DNA from: Octopus vulgaris
Lineage: Eukaryota
NCBI GenBank assembly: GCA_951406725.2
Contig: OX597828.1
Span: forward strand, 10,106,001-10,170,000
DNA length: 64,000 nucleotides
Direction of reading: 5' to 3'
Translations under genes and position numbers: made by a program
In this document: one piece after another, positions 1 through 13,239 of the stretch
Layout: every line of letters starts with the position of its first letter
Numbering within the stretch: the stretch's first letter is position 1
Notes under the pieces: model-generated
Databases searched by the model: none
Told to the model about the DNA's origin: nothing
Seen by the model: the letters and a program-made list of their open reading frames with translations, nothing else

Positions 1-397
1 TAACTGTTTTGATACTGTGTTGGCTGAATGAATTGTTGAGTATCACGTTCTCAGAATACTTAAAGACAAGCAAGTGGAAAGGAGATGAACGAGAAGAGAG
101 CTATTTATCAATATTATCTAATAAGGAACATTGTCCATTCTGAAAACAGCTATATTCATTTTCTTGCTGTGGTTGCAACAGAGTATTGATGAATTCAAGA
201 CATAAAGCTGACAATCACGTCCGTATTGCGCAGCGGGAAACTGTCAAATGTCTGCAGGTGGAGGAAACTTTTCATCAGATAGGAGTCTAAATGTGTGCAA
301 CAATAGGCATGGCCTCCTAGCACTTATAGACACTGCGTTATATCGGAACTGTGGAGCAAATAAAATTAGCACATTAGCTTCACATACAAACACTCAC

Positions 398-436
<39 letters not shown>

Positions 437-1343
437 CACAAACTCACATTCACACACGCATCATACACATACTCACACACTCTTCACAGTGGCACTATTA
501 AATTCAGACACGTATAAAGGCATAGAGCTACACATGTATATTAAATTATTTTAAATCTCTTTTATTCAGAGAATTCTGCACAAATATACAAATAACAATG
601 CAGGAATGCAGATGAAGCCGAAGATAATATAAGTAATGTACAAATGATTCTATACGTAAAACTATTAACCATATTGCCACCAATTGGTCGCCGAAATGAT
701 AGACAACATTGAAATATTCAACTTTGTATCCAGAGCAAGTTGATTACGTCACAAGTCAGTATTCTTCTTTCATAGATGTTCAGTCTAGTAACCAGTAAGG
801 TGGTAAGAATATTGTAGTAAATATTCAACTATGGAAACGGGGGAAACATTCTAAATCAATGACTAATGTGAAATACCTCTTCCCTCTTGATGTTTTCCCT
901 TTCATACTCCCCACCAATATTTGAGTTATTTCGATTTCCAGCCATTTGTCCTCCTCGAGATACATAAAATTAAAGTCTTCTAACAAGTACCTATGGAACT
1001 ATGAGCTCTAATACAAGAGTTTTCATGTAGATTCAAGAGAAGTGAATTTTGTCTTGACTTCGAACAATGTTTGTAATTTAAGCGTTTTATATCGCCAATA
1101 CTCCGCATTAACGCCGTTTGATAAATATTTCCCATGGGTCGACAAATGGTACAATGAATCTCAGCTTCTGTTACAAGGGAACGACTATAAATCACTGCAG
1201 AAACAAAATCTCTTCGTTCCAAGAGCGCCTTATTTTTCTTTTCTTCGGGGGTTGAATTTTAAATACTCAATGGTGAAAGTTACAACTTACATTTGATGAA
1301 TGTGTGCTGATATGTGATTATGCAGGTATGCAGAAACGCGCGC

Positions 1344-1381
<38 letters not shown>

Positions 1382-2357
1382 GCGTGTTGCCCTGCATATA
1401 TACGTATTTGTGTGTGTGTATTTGTCCATGTTTGTGTGTAGATAGACATGTGTGTAGATAGACAGCGAGTTACAGGTGATGCGTTAATTTACATTCGATG
1501 TTAAGTATACTACGCATTTAGGCTCTCTTTGATGATAGAGATTGACTAGACATCGGGCGTCTTGGAACACAACGGACCGAAGAACTAGACCTTCATGAAC
1601 TTCACCAGGCATTCCTTTGAGTGTATGTAGGTAACATGAAACTCGTTTTAAAATCTAAAATTATATGCACATACACTGAGATCCTGTACGTAAATACATA
1701 GATTAAATACTACTGTGCTTTCTCCAAAATGTTCGTTGTGCATTTGTGTATTATCATTTGTGGGATTATCATATGTGTCAATCCCCTTTCGTTCTAAACA
1801 GAAATAAATCAGTGTATCGTTAGTTGAGGAACATGATATGAGTACGATACGGCAATAATAAATGCTTATTAACTGAAGGCTCGTAAAAATATTTCTAACT
1901 CGTGAAACAAATCAAAGTCGAGGATTTTGTAGCCAATAGGCAATTCCTTCTGGAAAAATTTAATAGACGGGAGAAAAAAGAAAGTTTATCATATATCAAA
2001 ATATATCCGTCACGGTCACTAAAAGTGACCAAGGGTGAAGGGAGCACCACCATTGCTAGAAATAAGAGTTATAAACTCATAAGCCACATAAAGCTGATGT
2101 TCTTTATGTGGCTAAATAGGCTATGATTCTTATTTCTAGGAATTCTGGTGTTCCCTGCAACCTTGATCGCAGTGAATTATTTCCTTTTTTTTGTTTTTAT
2201 TTGCGTCAAAACATGTTAATTTTATATGTGTGTGTGTATGTATATATATACATGCACACATGCACACATCGCATATATGTAGCTATGTATATTTAAATTA
2301 TTTATATATATATCTATATTTATATATAAACAATTTAAATATATATATATATATATA

Positions 2358-2488
2358 GGCGTGGTTTCTTACCAGTCACATTGTTCCAGGTTCAGTCCCA
2401 CTGCGTGGCAAATGTTTTCTGCAAAAGACTCGGGCTGGCTAAAGCCTAATGAGTGAATTTGGTACATGGAAAATTTAAGAAGCCCGTC

Positions 2489-2552
<64 letters not shown>

Positions 2553-2774
2553 ATATCCATATGCATGTATGTGTGTTTGTGTGTGTTTCCAACCACAACT
2601 TGACACCCGATGTTGGTGTGTTTCGAATCCACTTAAGTTAGCGGTGCGGCAAAAGTACCAACAGAATATATAGCATGCTTGAAATATAAGTATTGTGGTT
2701 AATTCATTAGAGTAAAAACATTCCATGCGGCCCCAGTATGGCCACAGTGAAATGGCTACAACAAGTAATAGAAT
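2358..2774 (+). mobile_element. tRNA-derived SINE (CORE-type, octopus OR2-like), decayed, with internal (TA)n
   Basis: Box-B-like GGTTCAGTCCCA, body ending AAGAAGCCCGTCG, (TA)n/(TG)n, then tail CCCCAGTATGGCCACAG; colinear with the copy at 39074-39540. Confidence 0.85.
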
Positions 2775-2961
2775 ATATATATATATATATATAATCATAT
2801 CAAAGGGAGATGTAATTTAATTAAAAGTAAAATATTCAATCAAAATTTACATTTCCAGTGGTCTAACGTGCAAAAACAATTAGTCAAGAAGACTATATAT
2901 TAGTCATACGATATAGTGTATATTTATACACATAAGGAATAAATATACACTATATCATATG

Positions 2962-3013
<52 letters not shown>

Positions 3014-3096
3014 TTTATATTTATATATATATATATACAGGTGACCCGTTAATACTATCGCGGTAAAATTGACCAAGGAAAATTCCACCAGGTGAA

Positions 3097-3150
<54 letters not shown>
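3097..3150. repeat. (ATT)n microsatellite
   Basis: Direct reading. Confidence 0.95.
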
Positions 3151-3151
<1 letters not shown>

Positions 3152-3259
3152 GGGTTACAATATTACGTAAATAAAGAAAGAATGCGTAAAAAATAATATC
3201 AATAATGTCAAGTAATACAAATATACGAGAGAGAAAAATAATTAAAGTACAATCACACA

Positions 3260-3830
3260 AACAAAGACACGGCGAATACTTTAAAGACCTCATTGTGGAA
3301 ACAGTGTGAAAAAGAAACTCATTGAAATTTGATATGTAAAAATTATTGTACATATTTTACAAGACAGAAACAACTATGGGGAAAAAAGCATGCAGATATT
3401 GCAAAAAACAAAGGAAATATCGAACATATGGCAATACAATGTGGAAAAATATCACACACGGTATACAAAGAGAGACACGATGAGATAACCAAGACAATCC
3501 ATGTGAACCTACTACATCAATATAACATACCAAAAAACCGGAAAATCAGAAACGTGCAAATAGAAAATGTAACAAGTGAATGGTTAAGGTTTTAGTAGAT
3601 AGCTCAGTAATAACCCCAGACCATATAGAAAGCCATAAACCCGATATTACAATATTTGACCACGAAAGAAATGAAACAATAATAATAGAAATTGGAATAA
3701 CATCGACAATAAACTGAACGAAATCGAAATGACAAAAATAGAAAAAAAGTTTAATAGACTTGCTAAAGAAATTAAACAGATGAATGGATATAAGGTTAAA
3801 ATAATACTATTTATAATGACTTGAGATGGA
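3260..3830 (+). pseudogene. Non-LTR retrotransposon 3' fragment, R4/NeSL-like: CCHC knuckle plus restriction-like endonuclease (RLE)
   Basis: Manual translation: LQDRN..., EHMAIQCGKISHTVYKERHDEI, HKPDITIFDHERNETIIIEIGITS, KFNRLAKEIKQMNGYKVKIILFIMT*DG; RHD and PD-E-K motifs; stops and frameshifts. Confidence 0.85.
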
Positions 3831-4926
3831 ATGGTCTCAAAGAAGAAAAAGAAAGACGAAATGTAGATTTGGTGCAGTGTACTCAAGAGGGACAGTGCTT
3901 AAGATGGGACGAATATGTGGTGAGACGCAAAATCACATGGAAAGAACTTTGGGCTTCGGAACCAGCAATACCATTCTTCCTGATCAAGTCCACCTTCGAC
4001 GTTTTACCGTCACCGGCCAACTTAGTCCGGTGGAACATACAAACAGCGACGATGAGACATGTCCTGTCAAACTGCAGGCTGGTACTGGATAGATATACAT
4101 GGTGTCACAACCGAGCCCTCGGTGTTATAAGCACAGCACTCAAGAAGAAGTTCGAGGAGTACAATAGGAGAGAAAAGGACATAAGATTAGGTCCAGAAAT
4201 GTATACGAGACAGACGAAAGATGGAAATGATACTGATAGTTGTCCGCAGATTTGGGAAGACAAGTAATATTCCGCTCATAATAACAACACAAAGACCGAA
4301 CGTAATCCTTTGGAATACAGAACGGAAAATTGGAATTTTCATAGAGCTGACAGTGCCGTGGGAAGAAGACATCGCTAATGCAGAGCGACGGAAGGAGAGG
4401 AGTTATGAGTGATTTATAATAGAAAATGACGACGTCATTTAAAAGATCTGGATTTTCGAGAGCGGAGCGGAGAAAACTAATAAGGAGGATACAGTAGCCA
4501 GTCGAAAACGCCAGAGCTTCGGGCGAAATGCTCAGCGGTACTTCGTCTGCCGTTACCTTCTGAGTTAAAATTCCGCCGAGGTCGATTTTGCCTTTCATCC
4601 TTTCGGGATCGATAAATAAAGTAAAAATCAACTTAAACCCATTCCTTTGTCTGTCCTTGTTTGTCCCCTCTATGTTTAGCCCCTTCTGGGCAGTAAAGAA
4701 ATATATATATGGTTGAAACGAGAAAACTCGAAAGGCCTCGAAGGCCATAAAATGCCGCCTGTGAAATACTGTCGCCAGGTGACGCTGGCAGACACTTAAA
4801 CCGCATTGTTACTTGACAGGTCAGCCGAGGGAACATATCTCATTTATTACGTGTCTCCCTTCTCGATGACTCAACGGTTTGACAGCTAGTCGGATTTGGC
4901 TGATGGAGCTGAAATTCAAAGAGCAC
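3831..4926 (+). pseudogene. HERO-like RLE non-LTR retrotransposon 3' fragment, interrupted by a SINE
   Basis: WKELWASEP..FLIKSTFDVLPSPANLVRW..HVLSNC..RYTWCHNRAL; TTQRPNVILWNTERKIGIFIELTVPWEE; C-terminal IWLKRENS resumes at ~4707 after the SINE, followed by putative 3' UTR. Confidence 0.85.
4484..4703 (+). mobile_element. MetaSINE-type SINE
   Basis: GGGCGAAATGCTCAGCGG head, GAGTTAAAATTCC box B, Meta-like core GCCTTTCATCCTTTCGGGATCGATAAA; matches the minus copy at 51535-51738. Confidence 0.85.
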
Positions 4927-5224
4927 TGTTGGAAGGTTGACCTAGAGAGAGCGCAGGCCAAAATTACGCACCCTTCCCCTCTATTGGTCACTTGACGATT
5001 AAGTTGTCACGTGACAGATAACTAGCTATAGTGGCTGGAGCCTATCGGCGAGTATTTAAGCAAGAAATCTGACAGAGTTGTCAGTCGTCTGTTGACAGTC
5101 GCGGACGCTGCATCGAAGAATAGAAAAAAGAGAAACAAGGCAAAAAAAACGTTACGCACTTAACTCCAGAGCTGAGGACATCTCCGCGGAATTAACTCTG
5201 ACTCACTCGACTATGGCTTCCACA
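4927..5224 (+). mobile_element. Probable solo LTR
   Basis: Starts TGTTGGAAG, ends CTTCCACA (imperfect inverted TG...CA ends); internal ATTGG, GTCACGTGAC and TATTTAA in promoter-like order; no clear target-site duplication. Confidence 0.45.
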
Positions 5225-5515
5225 TTTTATCATATCCCAGAAGAACAATCGAAAGCGTAGCCATGAATAGAATCATCTACACGAAAAGCATGGAAGCAAC
5301 AGCAGAAAAACCAAAACATATTGACGTCGTGAGCGGTTTTATGAAGGCTGCCGAGCTAGACTGCACGCAACTTACAAAAGTAGTGAACCAGAAATAATTT
5401 TTTCATCGGGCTCCCATAATCAGTCTGCAAGCAGTGCACAAGTTAATGCCCGAAAGGCAGGTGACTCAATGAAGAATGAAGTAATGAAACGGACACAATA
5501 ACTTCACGGGAAGTA

Positions 5516-6069
5516 TTGGGTTGTCCGATAAGTTCATGCCGATTTATAGTAGCTTAACTTTCGACTTATTTTAGGACATGGTTGAGTCCATAAAATAGGA
5601 TTTGACTACACCTCCATTTAGATCATAGTTTAAGCTATCTTTTCGTGGAAGAAGTTTTATGTTCTTATAACCTGTGTGAATTCGGTAACCCTTTAAAATG
5701 GAAGATAAGAAAGTTCATTTTCGGCTCTTGATGGTTTGGGAACCAGACAAAACTGCTGGGATGTGTTACCCCACCCTCCATATTCACCCGATATTGTTTC
5801 CTCGAATTTCCACTTATTCAGGTCTCTGCAGAATAGTCTTAATGGTAGAAATTTCAATTCCTTGGATGACGTAAAAAGATACCTAGATGAATTCTTTGCC
5901 ATGAAAGCACCTCAATTCTGGGAAGAGGGTATTTTCAAGTTAAAGGAAAGATGGAGACGCATTGTGCAACAAAATGTTTCATATCTGGTTGATTAAAAAT
6001 GTAATGGCAAGTATTTATTGACCTTTTTCTTTCCTTTAAAAATCGGCAGGAACTTTCCGGACAACCCAA
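5516..6069 (+). mobile_element. Internally deleted mariner element
   Basis: TIRs TTGGGTTGTCCGATAAGTTCATGCCGATTT / AAATCGGCAGGAACTTTCCGGACAACCCAA with TA on both sides; transposase start MEDKKVHFR joined to C-terminus WDVLPHPPYSPDIVSSNFHLFRSLQNSL...ERWRRIVQQNVSYLVD*. Confidence 0.95.
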
Positions 6070-6071
6070 TA

Positions 6072-7030
6072 ATTTTGACTGCTGTACAAAATCTCGATGG
6101 AGAAACAAGATCACAGTTGCAAACCATCCCTGGACTTTCACATAACATGCATGCCTTAGAGATTCCAGCACTTCCAACTTGTAGGTCAGGGTTTGAAATT
6201 CCTGTTACAGTTAAATATCCAGAAGATGGATCCTTGTTTTTGGTCTTTGACAGTATTTTCCTCAGAAAAAGGTTTGGTTGATCTAGAAAGAACTGGGCCT
6301 GTGATGGAACTTTTAAGGTATATCCTAGTTTATGGAGTCAGTTAGTGACACTACATATCACCATTGGAACTCTGTGTGTGTCCCGACTATTTGCCTTACT
6401 ACCCTACAAAAAAGAGACCTTATATCATCGTCTTCTGCCTTCTGTGTGTGAGATCAAATTGTCGACCTGTAGCCTGTCTCATGGACTTTGAAAAAGCTCT
6501 CCATAATGCATTTGTGTTACTATTTCCGTATTCAGAAGGAGTTGGGTGTATTTTTCATCTCGGACAGTCTTGTTGGTGGAAAATATGCGTAGTTGGTGAG
6601 AGTATGAGATAAAACACATGTGAAAGTTTTCAGCTTAAAATTAAGTGCTTTTGTGATTTAGCATTTTTACCAATTGAAGACGTTGTCAGTGTATATGAAG
6701 ATTTGTCTGACGATTAATACATCGCTTCTGAGTTTATCCCACATCTTCCTATACAACACTCGAATGTACGTGAACACGTCTTAAAAGAATTGCCAAGATC
6801 AAATAATTCTTCAGAAATGTTCCACAATGCTTTGCTCTCATCATTAACATCCATACATCCAAATTGGTGCAAAATGTGCACTGCCCTTAAAGCTGCGGAA
6901 GGATTAAGCTAAACAAAAATTGCACACATTCGACGTGTGAACTTAGTGACGCACGAGTGAAGAAGCTAGTTCAGGAATATCAAAATGAAGCCCTCTGCAA
7001 TTTTAAAGAAATAATGCACATAATTTGTTT
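6072..7030 (+). pseudogene. Mutator-like (MULE) DDE transposase relic
   Basis: WACDGTFKVYPSLWSQLVTLH, LMDFEKALHNAF, GCIFHLGQSCWWKI, LAFLP, LPRSNNSSEMFHNAL read across frameshifts and stops. Confidence 0.9.
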
Positions 7031-7284
7031 AAAGAATTTTAAAAAATAAATTGAACTTTCTTATCCTAACTCTGTTTCACAATGTGCTCGCTGTTATTTT
7101 TTTATCCTATTGTTATAATAAAATGTGTGCTAAAATTTAATCGTTTCTTTCTTTATCCCAAATCACACTATTTTAGAAATTTTGTGATGAGTCTTTTTCA
7201 TAGATTCTTGCTCGATGGGAGGACATTAAAGTGATCCCGTCTCAATTCAGGTAGATTATAAAGATTATTTTCTATCACACCTTT

Positions 7285-7286
<2 letters not shown>

Positions 7287-7350
<64 letters not shown>
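7287..7350. repeat. (TC)n microsatellite
   Basis: Direct reading. Confidence 0.95.
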
Positions 7351-7351
<1 letters not shown>

Positions 7352-10300
7352 CTCTTCTTAAGACTTGACAGACAGAAAGATTAAATAACATGGGTATTGA
7401 CCCACTCTCAAGAGAAGCCGACCGCGATGATTATTGGCCGGAGCGGCTTATATTGGAAGTCTGCCCATGGGTGTAATTTACCGTGGTGGCATATACCGTG
7501 GTAGAATTTACCGAGATTATATATATATGTATATATACTGAGAGAGACAGACAGAGATAAAGACAGGGACAAAGAGACAAAAGGTGAGATAGTGATTCAA
7601 ATGAACACGCTTGGTCTTGATATATGAAAAATAATTACATTTATATACACGTGTAATTTTATATTCGGGCATATGAAGAGAAATGAAAAATAAGCTGAAA
7701 ATATTTTTAATGAACATTCATGTATAAGCATAAAAATAAATATATATTTATAGAAAAATTTACATGGAGTATAAAATTTACAGGGAACTAAGGAAAGTGG
7801 ACATGGTATTTTGGTATTTTGTGGACTGGAAATTAAGTAATAGATGTCGTTTTTACTGATATAGTGGGCAAAATGTCAAGAGTATACAACCGGTATGTCG
7901 TTGCATATAAACATAACCAGAAAGCAGGGTTCCATCCTGAGAGTGGACACGTTGGCCTCCTTATTTCATTTCTCATACATATAGACCCAGAAGAAATTAC
8001 TCTCCGCTTAAGTTTAAAAAGTTGAACTTCTTTTAGCTACACGATATGTATGTGTGTGTGCGCGCACGTGTTTAGACACACACTCACAAACACACGACTC
8101 ACACATATATGTATGTATGAAATTGTGTATATATGTGTATATATGTATATATATATATGCGTGTATGTGTGTGTATATATGTATATATATATTAATGAAA
8201 GGAAATGTTGACGCATTTTCAAAATGTTCACGATAATTTCATTATTTGTGTGTATGTGTCTGTACGTGTACCTATATATAAGGATGTGTATTGTATGTAC
8301 ATTTACATACAATATACACTTACATACATCGATGTGTATGTATGTATATATATACACACACATATGTATATAATATATATATATGTGTATATATATATGT
8401 ATATATGTATATATATACGAACGTTTCCTATAGAGGAGTGTACGTATATATGACAATGAAGGGAAAACTTTAGAAAGCTAACTATATAAACAGACAGTTT
8501 TAAATTTAAAATGTAATGAATGAATAATAATAAATAATATTATTTATCTTTTTATTCTGTCTAATAATATTAGTTTTCGATTTGAAATAAGGGGAAAGAA
8601 AAGAGAAAAATAGACAAATTTATAACACATCAATTCATTGCATTTATTTTCAATATATTTAAGAATTGGCTGCTGTAGAAATGGCAAATAGGGAAAAGAA
8701 AACGTGACATAGAGAATACATTGTGCCAGTTTACTCGGAGTAAATTTTTTTCGGGTAATTTTTTTTCTACAAAAGGTTATAACATAGTAAACTCAATTTT
8801 GAATTTCTATAAATTTAGATTCTATTTTAAAAGCATTTATTTCATTTTAAATATAGGTTATCGAGATTTTTTTTTTTTCAAGAATTTAATTGATTTTTGT
8901 TTTATTGATAAATCTTTCCGATATGTTATATTTCTTATCTAGTCTGTATATAAATAAACTTATTTGAAATAAGATAAGTGCATTTATTTCAAATAATTTT
9001 ATACGAGATATAGACCGTACGTCTGAATCTATAAAAGTGCACCAAATTCTCGGAATTATAGATATGCATAGGAAAGTATTTTATATTGAAAGCATAAAAA
9101 TAGTACATTCCTACCTTTCATTTCATATATGTAATTTTATTATTTCAATTCCTTTAATATTTTCTAACTTACATTAACAACAATTGCTTGCAGTATAAAT
9201 TTTACTCATAAGGCATATGGTATATATTTATAATAGAATATTTATGTAGAAAATCCTGTATTTTTTATACCAGCTCAGAGTTTGTATGAAAAAAAAGAAT
9301 TCATAACTCATACATAATTCAATGATATTTTAACATTAGTTCCAAATGTTCATTGTATGAAGAAGAAATATTACATGTAATACAACCTTCTATTCTTTTC
9401 ATGGACAACGCCGCAAAATAACATGGTAACACACATCATGAATATTAAATTGATACTGAATTATCTACGTAATCACAATACCATGTATTTTCAAAGGAGT
9501 TCGCATATGTGTGTTTGTGTGTACACATGCAAAAATACTTACCATATGCACATGTCTATTCATTTATCTTTCTTCCTAAACATACATACATACACACATA
9601 CACACAAACATAAGCACACACACATCGCACATTCATATAACTACACACATAAACAAACACGTACATGTTTAGTGCTAGTCTATATGTGTGAGAGTACCGA
9701 AAGCAAGTTCAGTCATAAAATTATATTAGTGAAATACTATATTACATGCAAGTTTTACTGAATAGAAAAACGTGTTAGGGCATTGTAAGATAATGTTGGG
9801 TAGACATCAGCCGATTGTATAACTGGTATACTTTTCTTTGAAAGTGTATGGATGTAAACGTTTCAATGAATTGTGATTTAAATAGAAGACTACACAATAA
9901 ATTTCCTAATATCCCAGGATTTACAATACATATCAATTTAAAGTTTTTCTACAGCGATACTAATCATGCACAACTGTTAAACCCAGACAGAAATTTTGAG
10001 TAAATATGCTTCTCCGTTTATAGATTAGTATTTCATAAATATTCATTTGGTTGACACATTGTGAATAAAAGATATGTATGAATGCGGAGGACATAATCTT
10101 CGAATGCTATTTCATTTATAATTTTTTATATATTTATATATTTATATATATTCTATATCTAAAGCTGAATACGGAAAATATATCAAAAATATAGTGTAAA
10201 TCCAGGACAGTTATCTCTCTATCTCCGCTGTAACGTTCTGATTGTAGTGTATACACTGCTGAGTACAATTTGTTAAAAACATCGATTGTAACACCTGGGA

Positions 10301-10731
10301 TAAAAAAAAACAACAACACAGAATATATGAATTTATACATGCTGGATTTCGGTCGAGCGCACTTTATCTAGTTCTGGAAATTGTGTTTCGTAAACAACAG
10401 ACTATGATGATGAACTTGCAGCTGTTTACATATCCATATACGGAAACATTAACAAGCGAAACTAATTAGTACATAGGCAATGGTTTTTTTATCTCGTACA
10501 TTTTCATTTGTCTTGCTTATTTTTACACTTTGGTATTTTGGTGAATTTTTTTCTTGAGAATAATTTCTTCGTGGAAAATGACGATTTTGACATCTATTTC
10601 TATCATATAGTCTGTCCACTGTTAGTTGTCAGTCCTCTAAATTTTGTATGAATAACATTTTTATTCTTCGGATTTCTTTTAAATATGCTAGGCCACTGGT
10701 TTTAATTGATTAATATCAATTTCTACCCTTA

Positions 10732-10849
<118 letters not shown>

Positions 10850-10895
10850 AACTAACTCGGTAGAAGATGCTTGGCTTTCGGTCATATAATGATTT

Positions 10896-10932
<37 letters not shown>

Positions 10933-11403
10933 GGATTGTATGATATAATCATAAGCGTTAAAGTTTCTAGTTTGATAATAGAGTTTTTTATAAGAACAAT
11001 TATTATTTCATTTATTTCTTTAAAAATAATTTTTAAATATATTTGCTTACTTACGTAAATATTATCTTTAACCTGAAGATTGACTATAACCATAATTCGA
11101 ATTATTGATTGAATTTAAATTATTGTAATTCGAATTAGATTATGGGCATGAAATGTACGTAGTGGTTTTACTTTTTATCTTATATTAAACTTTTTAATAC
11201 TTTTCGATAGTTATATATATTTAATAAAAAAAATTATAAATATATATTAATAATTTTGATTTTAAATTTAAAAAACTAAAATTTTGAAATTTTATGTTTT
11301 AAATATGTTGTATATTATATTAATTATTTTCCTTTTTACGTTTTGGTTTATATTTTTCCACTGTTTGATTTGCCTAATAGTGGTTTTATCTCTAATTTAA
11401 TTA

Positions 11404-11474
<71 letters not shown>

Positions 11475-11655
11475 ATTAGGGCTTAGTAAAATAAATTACT
11501 TTGCCACATACTGAACTTAGTAGAAATAGTAGCCAAAAAAAATTTTCTTAGCATTTCTACTACTTAAAGAAAATTTCTCTCAGATAATGTTTACTCTAGA
11601 CAGCTCACGAAGGTTTGGGGGTAAATACAGAAAAATATCACAAGTACATAGATCG

Positions 11656-11718
11656 TTTGAGTACGTCAACGTTTCAAGATTAGCCAAATAAAATCAGCAT
11701 TTCTTTCGTCAGCTCAAA
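11656..11718 (-). ncRNA. Type I hammerhead ribozyme, canonical core
   Basis: Reverse complement of the copy at 12772-12834. Confidence 0.85.
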
Positions 11719-12219
11719 ATTTCTTAATTTGGATTTGGAAACACTAAAAAGAAGGAACTTTACCTATCAGCGACTTGTCGCTTCAGATGAACCACTCCAA
11801 CTAACAGTGTCAACAAATTCAAAATGCGCAGGCGTAAAATTCTGCACTCCCCATTCCACCCACGTGGTCTATCTAGAAAACATTATATTTTAACCGCGAG
11901 AACCGAGGCAGTATGACCGAGAGATATGAATTATAATATCAACAATTGAGGGTAAAATTAATTAATTAATCAATTTCACCAAGTGTTCAGTATGTAAAAG
12001 GACAATTTAAGGCGAATTCAAAATATTACATTATATAATTAGGGCTTAGTAAAATAAATTACTTTGCCACATAATGAACTTAGTAGAAATAGCAGCCAAA
12101 AAAAATTTTCTTAGCATTTCTACTACTTAAAGAAAATTTCTCTCAGATAATGTTTACTCTAGACAGCTCACGAAGGTTTGGGGGGTAAATACAGAAAAAT
12201 ATCACAAGTACATAGATCG

Positions 12220-12282
12220 TTTGAGTACGTCAACGTTTCAAGATTAGCCAAATAAAATCAGCATTTCTTTCGTCAGCTCAAA
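12220..12282 (-). ncRNA. Type I hammerhead ribozyme, canonical core
   Basis: Reverse complement of the copy at 12772-12834; 564 nt from the previous copy, same orientation. Confidence 0.85.
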
Positions 12283-12771
12283 ATTTCTTAATTTGGATTT
12301 GGAAACACTAAAACCTTCGTGAGCTGTCTAGAGTAAACATTATCTGAGAGAAATTTTCTTTAAGTAGTAGAAATGCTAAGAAAATTTTTTTTGGCTGCTA
12401 TTTCTACTAAGTTCAGTATGTGGCAAAGTAATTTATTTTACTAAGCCCTAATTATATAATGTAATATTTTGAATTCGCCTTAAATGGTCCTTTTACATAC
12501 TGAACACTTGGTGAAATTGATTAATTAATTAATTTTACCCTCAATTGTTGATATTATAATTCATATCTCTCGGTCATACTGCCTCGGTTCTCGCGGTTAA
12601 AATATAATGTTTGCTAGATAGACCACGTGGGTGGAATGGGGAGTGCAGAATTTTACGCCTGCGCATTTTGAATTTGTTGACACTGTTAGTTGGAGTGGTT
12701 CATCTGAAGCGACAAGTCGCTGATAGGTAAAGTTCCTTCTTTTTAGTGTTTCCAAATCCAAATTAAGAAAT

Positions 12772-12834
12772 TTTGAGCTGACGAAAGAAATGCTGATTTT
12801 ATTTGGCTAATCTTGAAACGTTGACGTACTCAAA
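12772..12834 (+). ncRNA. Type I hammerhead ribozyme, canonical core
   Basis: TTTGAG-CTGACGA-AAGA..GCTGA ttttat TTGGC..TCTT-GAAA-CGT tg ACG-T-A-CTCAAA; 6-bp stem I; predicted cleavage after GUA at 12828. Confidence 0.9.
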
Positions 12835-13111
12835 CGATCTATGTACTTGTGATATTTTTCTGTATTTACCCCCAAACCTTCGTGAGCTGTCTAGAGTAAA
12901 CATTATCTGAGAGAAATTTTCTTTAAGTAGTAGAAATGCTAAGAAAATTTTTTTTGGCTGCTATTTCTACTAAGTTCAGTATGTGGCAAAGTAATTTATT
13001 TTACTAAGCCCTAATTATATAATGTAATATTTTGAATTCGCCTTAAATGGTCCTTTTACATACTGAACACTTGGTGAAATTGATTAATTAATTAATTTTA
13101 CCCTCAATTGT

Positions 13112-13145
<34 letters not shown>

Positions 13146-13239
13146 GCATATATGCATATATACATATATATATATATATACACGTATAGATGTAAGATCT
13201 ACATACTTACATCTATACGTATATATATATATTAATATG

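Larger units (their letters stand above)
11468..13095. mobile_element. Tandem plus inverted array of a ~564-bp HHR-bearing monomer (Penelope-pLTR/retrozyme-like), inserted in (TA)n
   Basis: 11468-12030 is repeated at 12031-12313; 12311-13095 is the reverse complement of ~1.4 monomers; only a few mismatches; (TA)n on both flanks. Confidence 0.9.

Noticed and set aside
1042-1296. 84-aa non-repetitive ORF
   Set aside because: GTG start, no recognisable motif or splice context; length expected by chance
4140-4748. 202-aa minus-strand ORF
   Set aside because: Antisense read-through of a SINE and a HERO fragment; no independent domain
4745-4926. Ribozyme in the 3' UTR of the first HERO fragment
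   Set aside because: Several hairpins are present, but I could not assemble an HHR or HDV core or match it to the 55.2-kb fold
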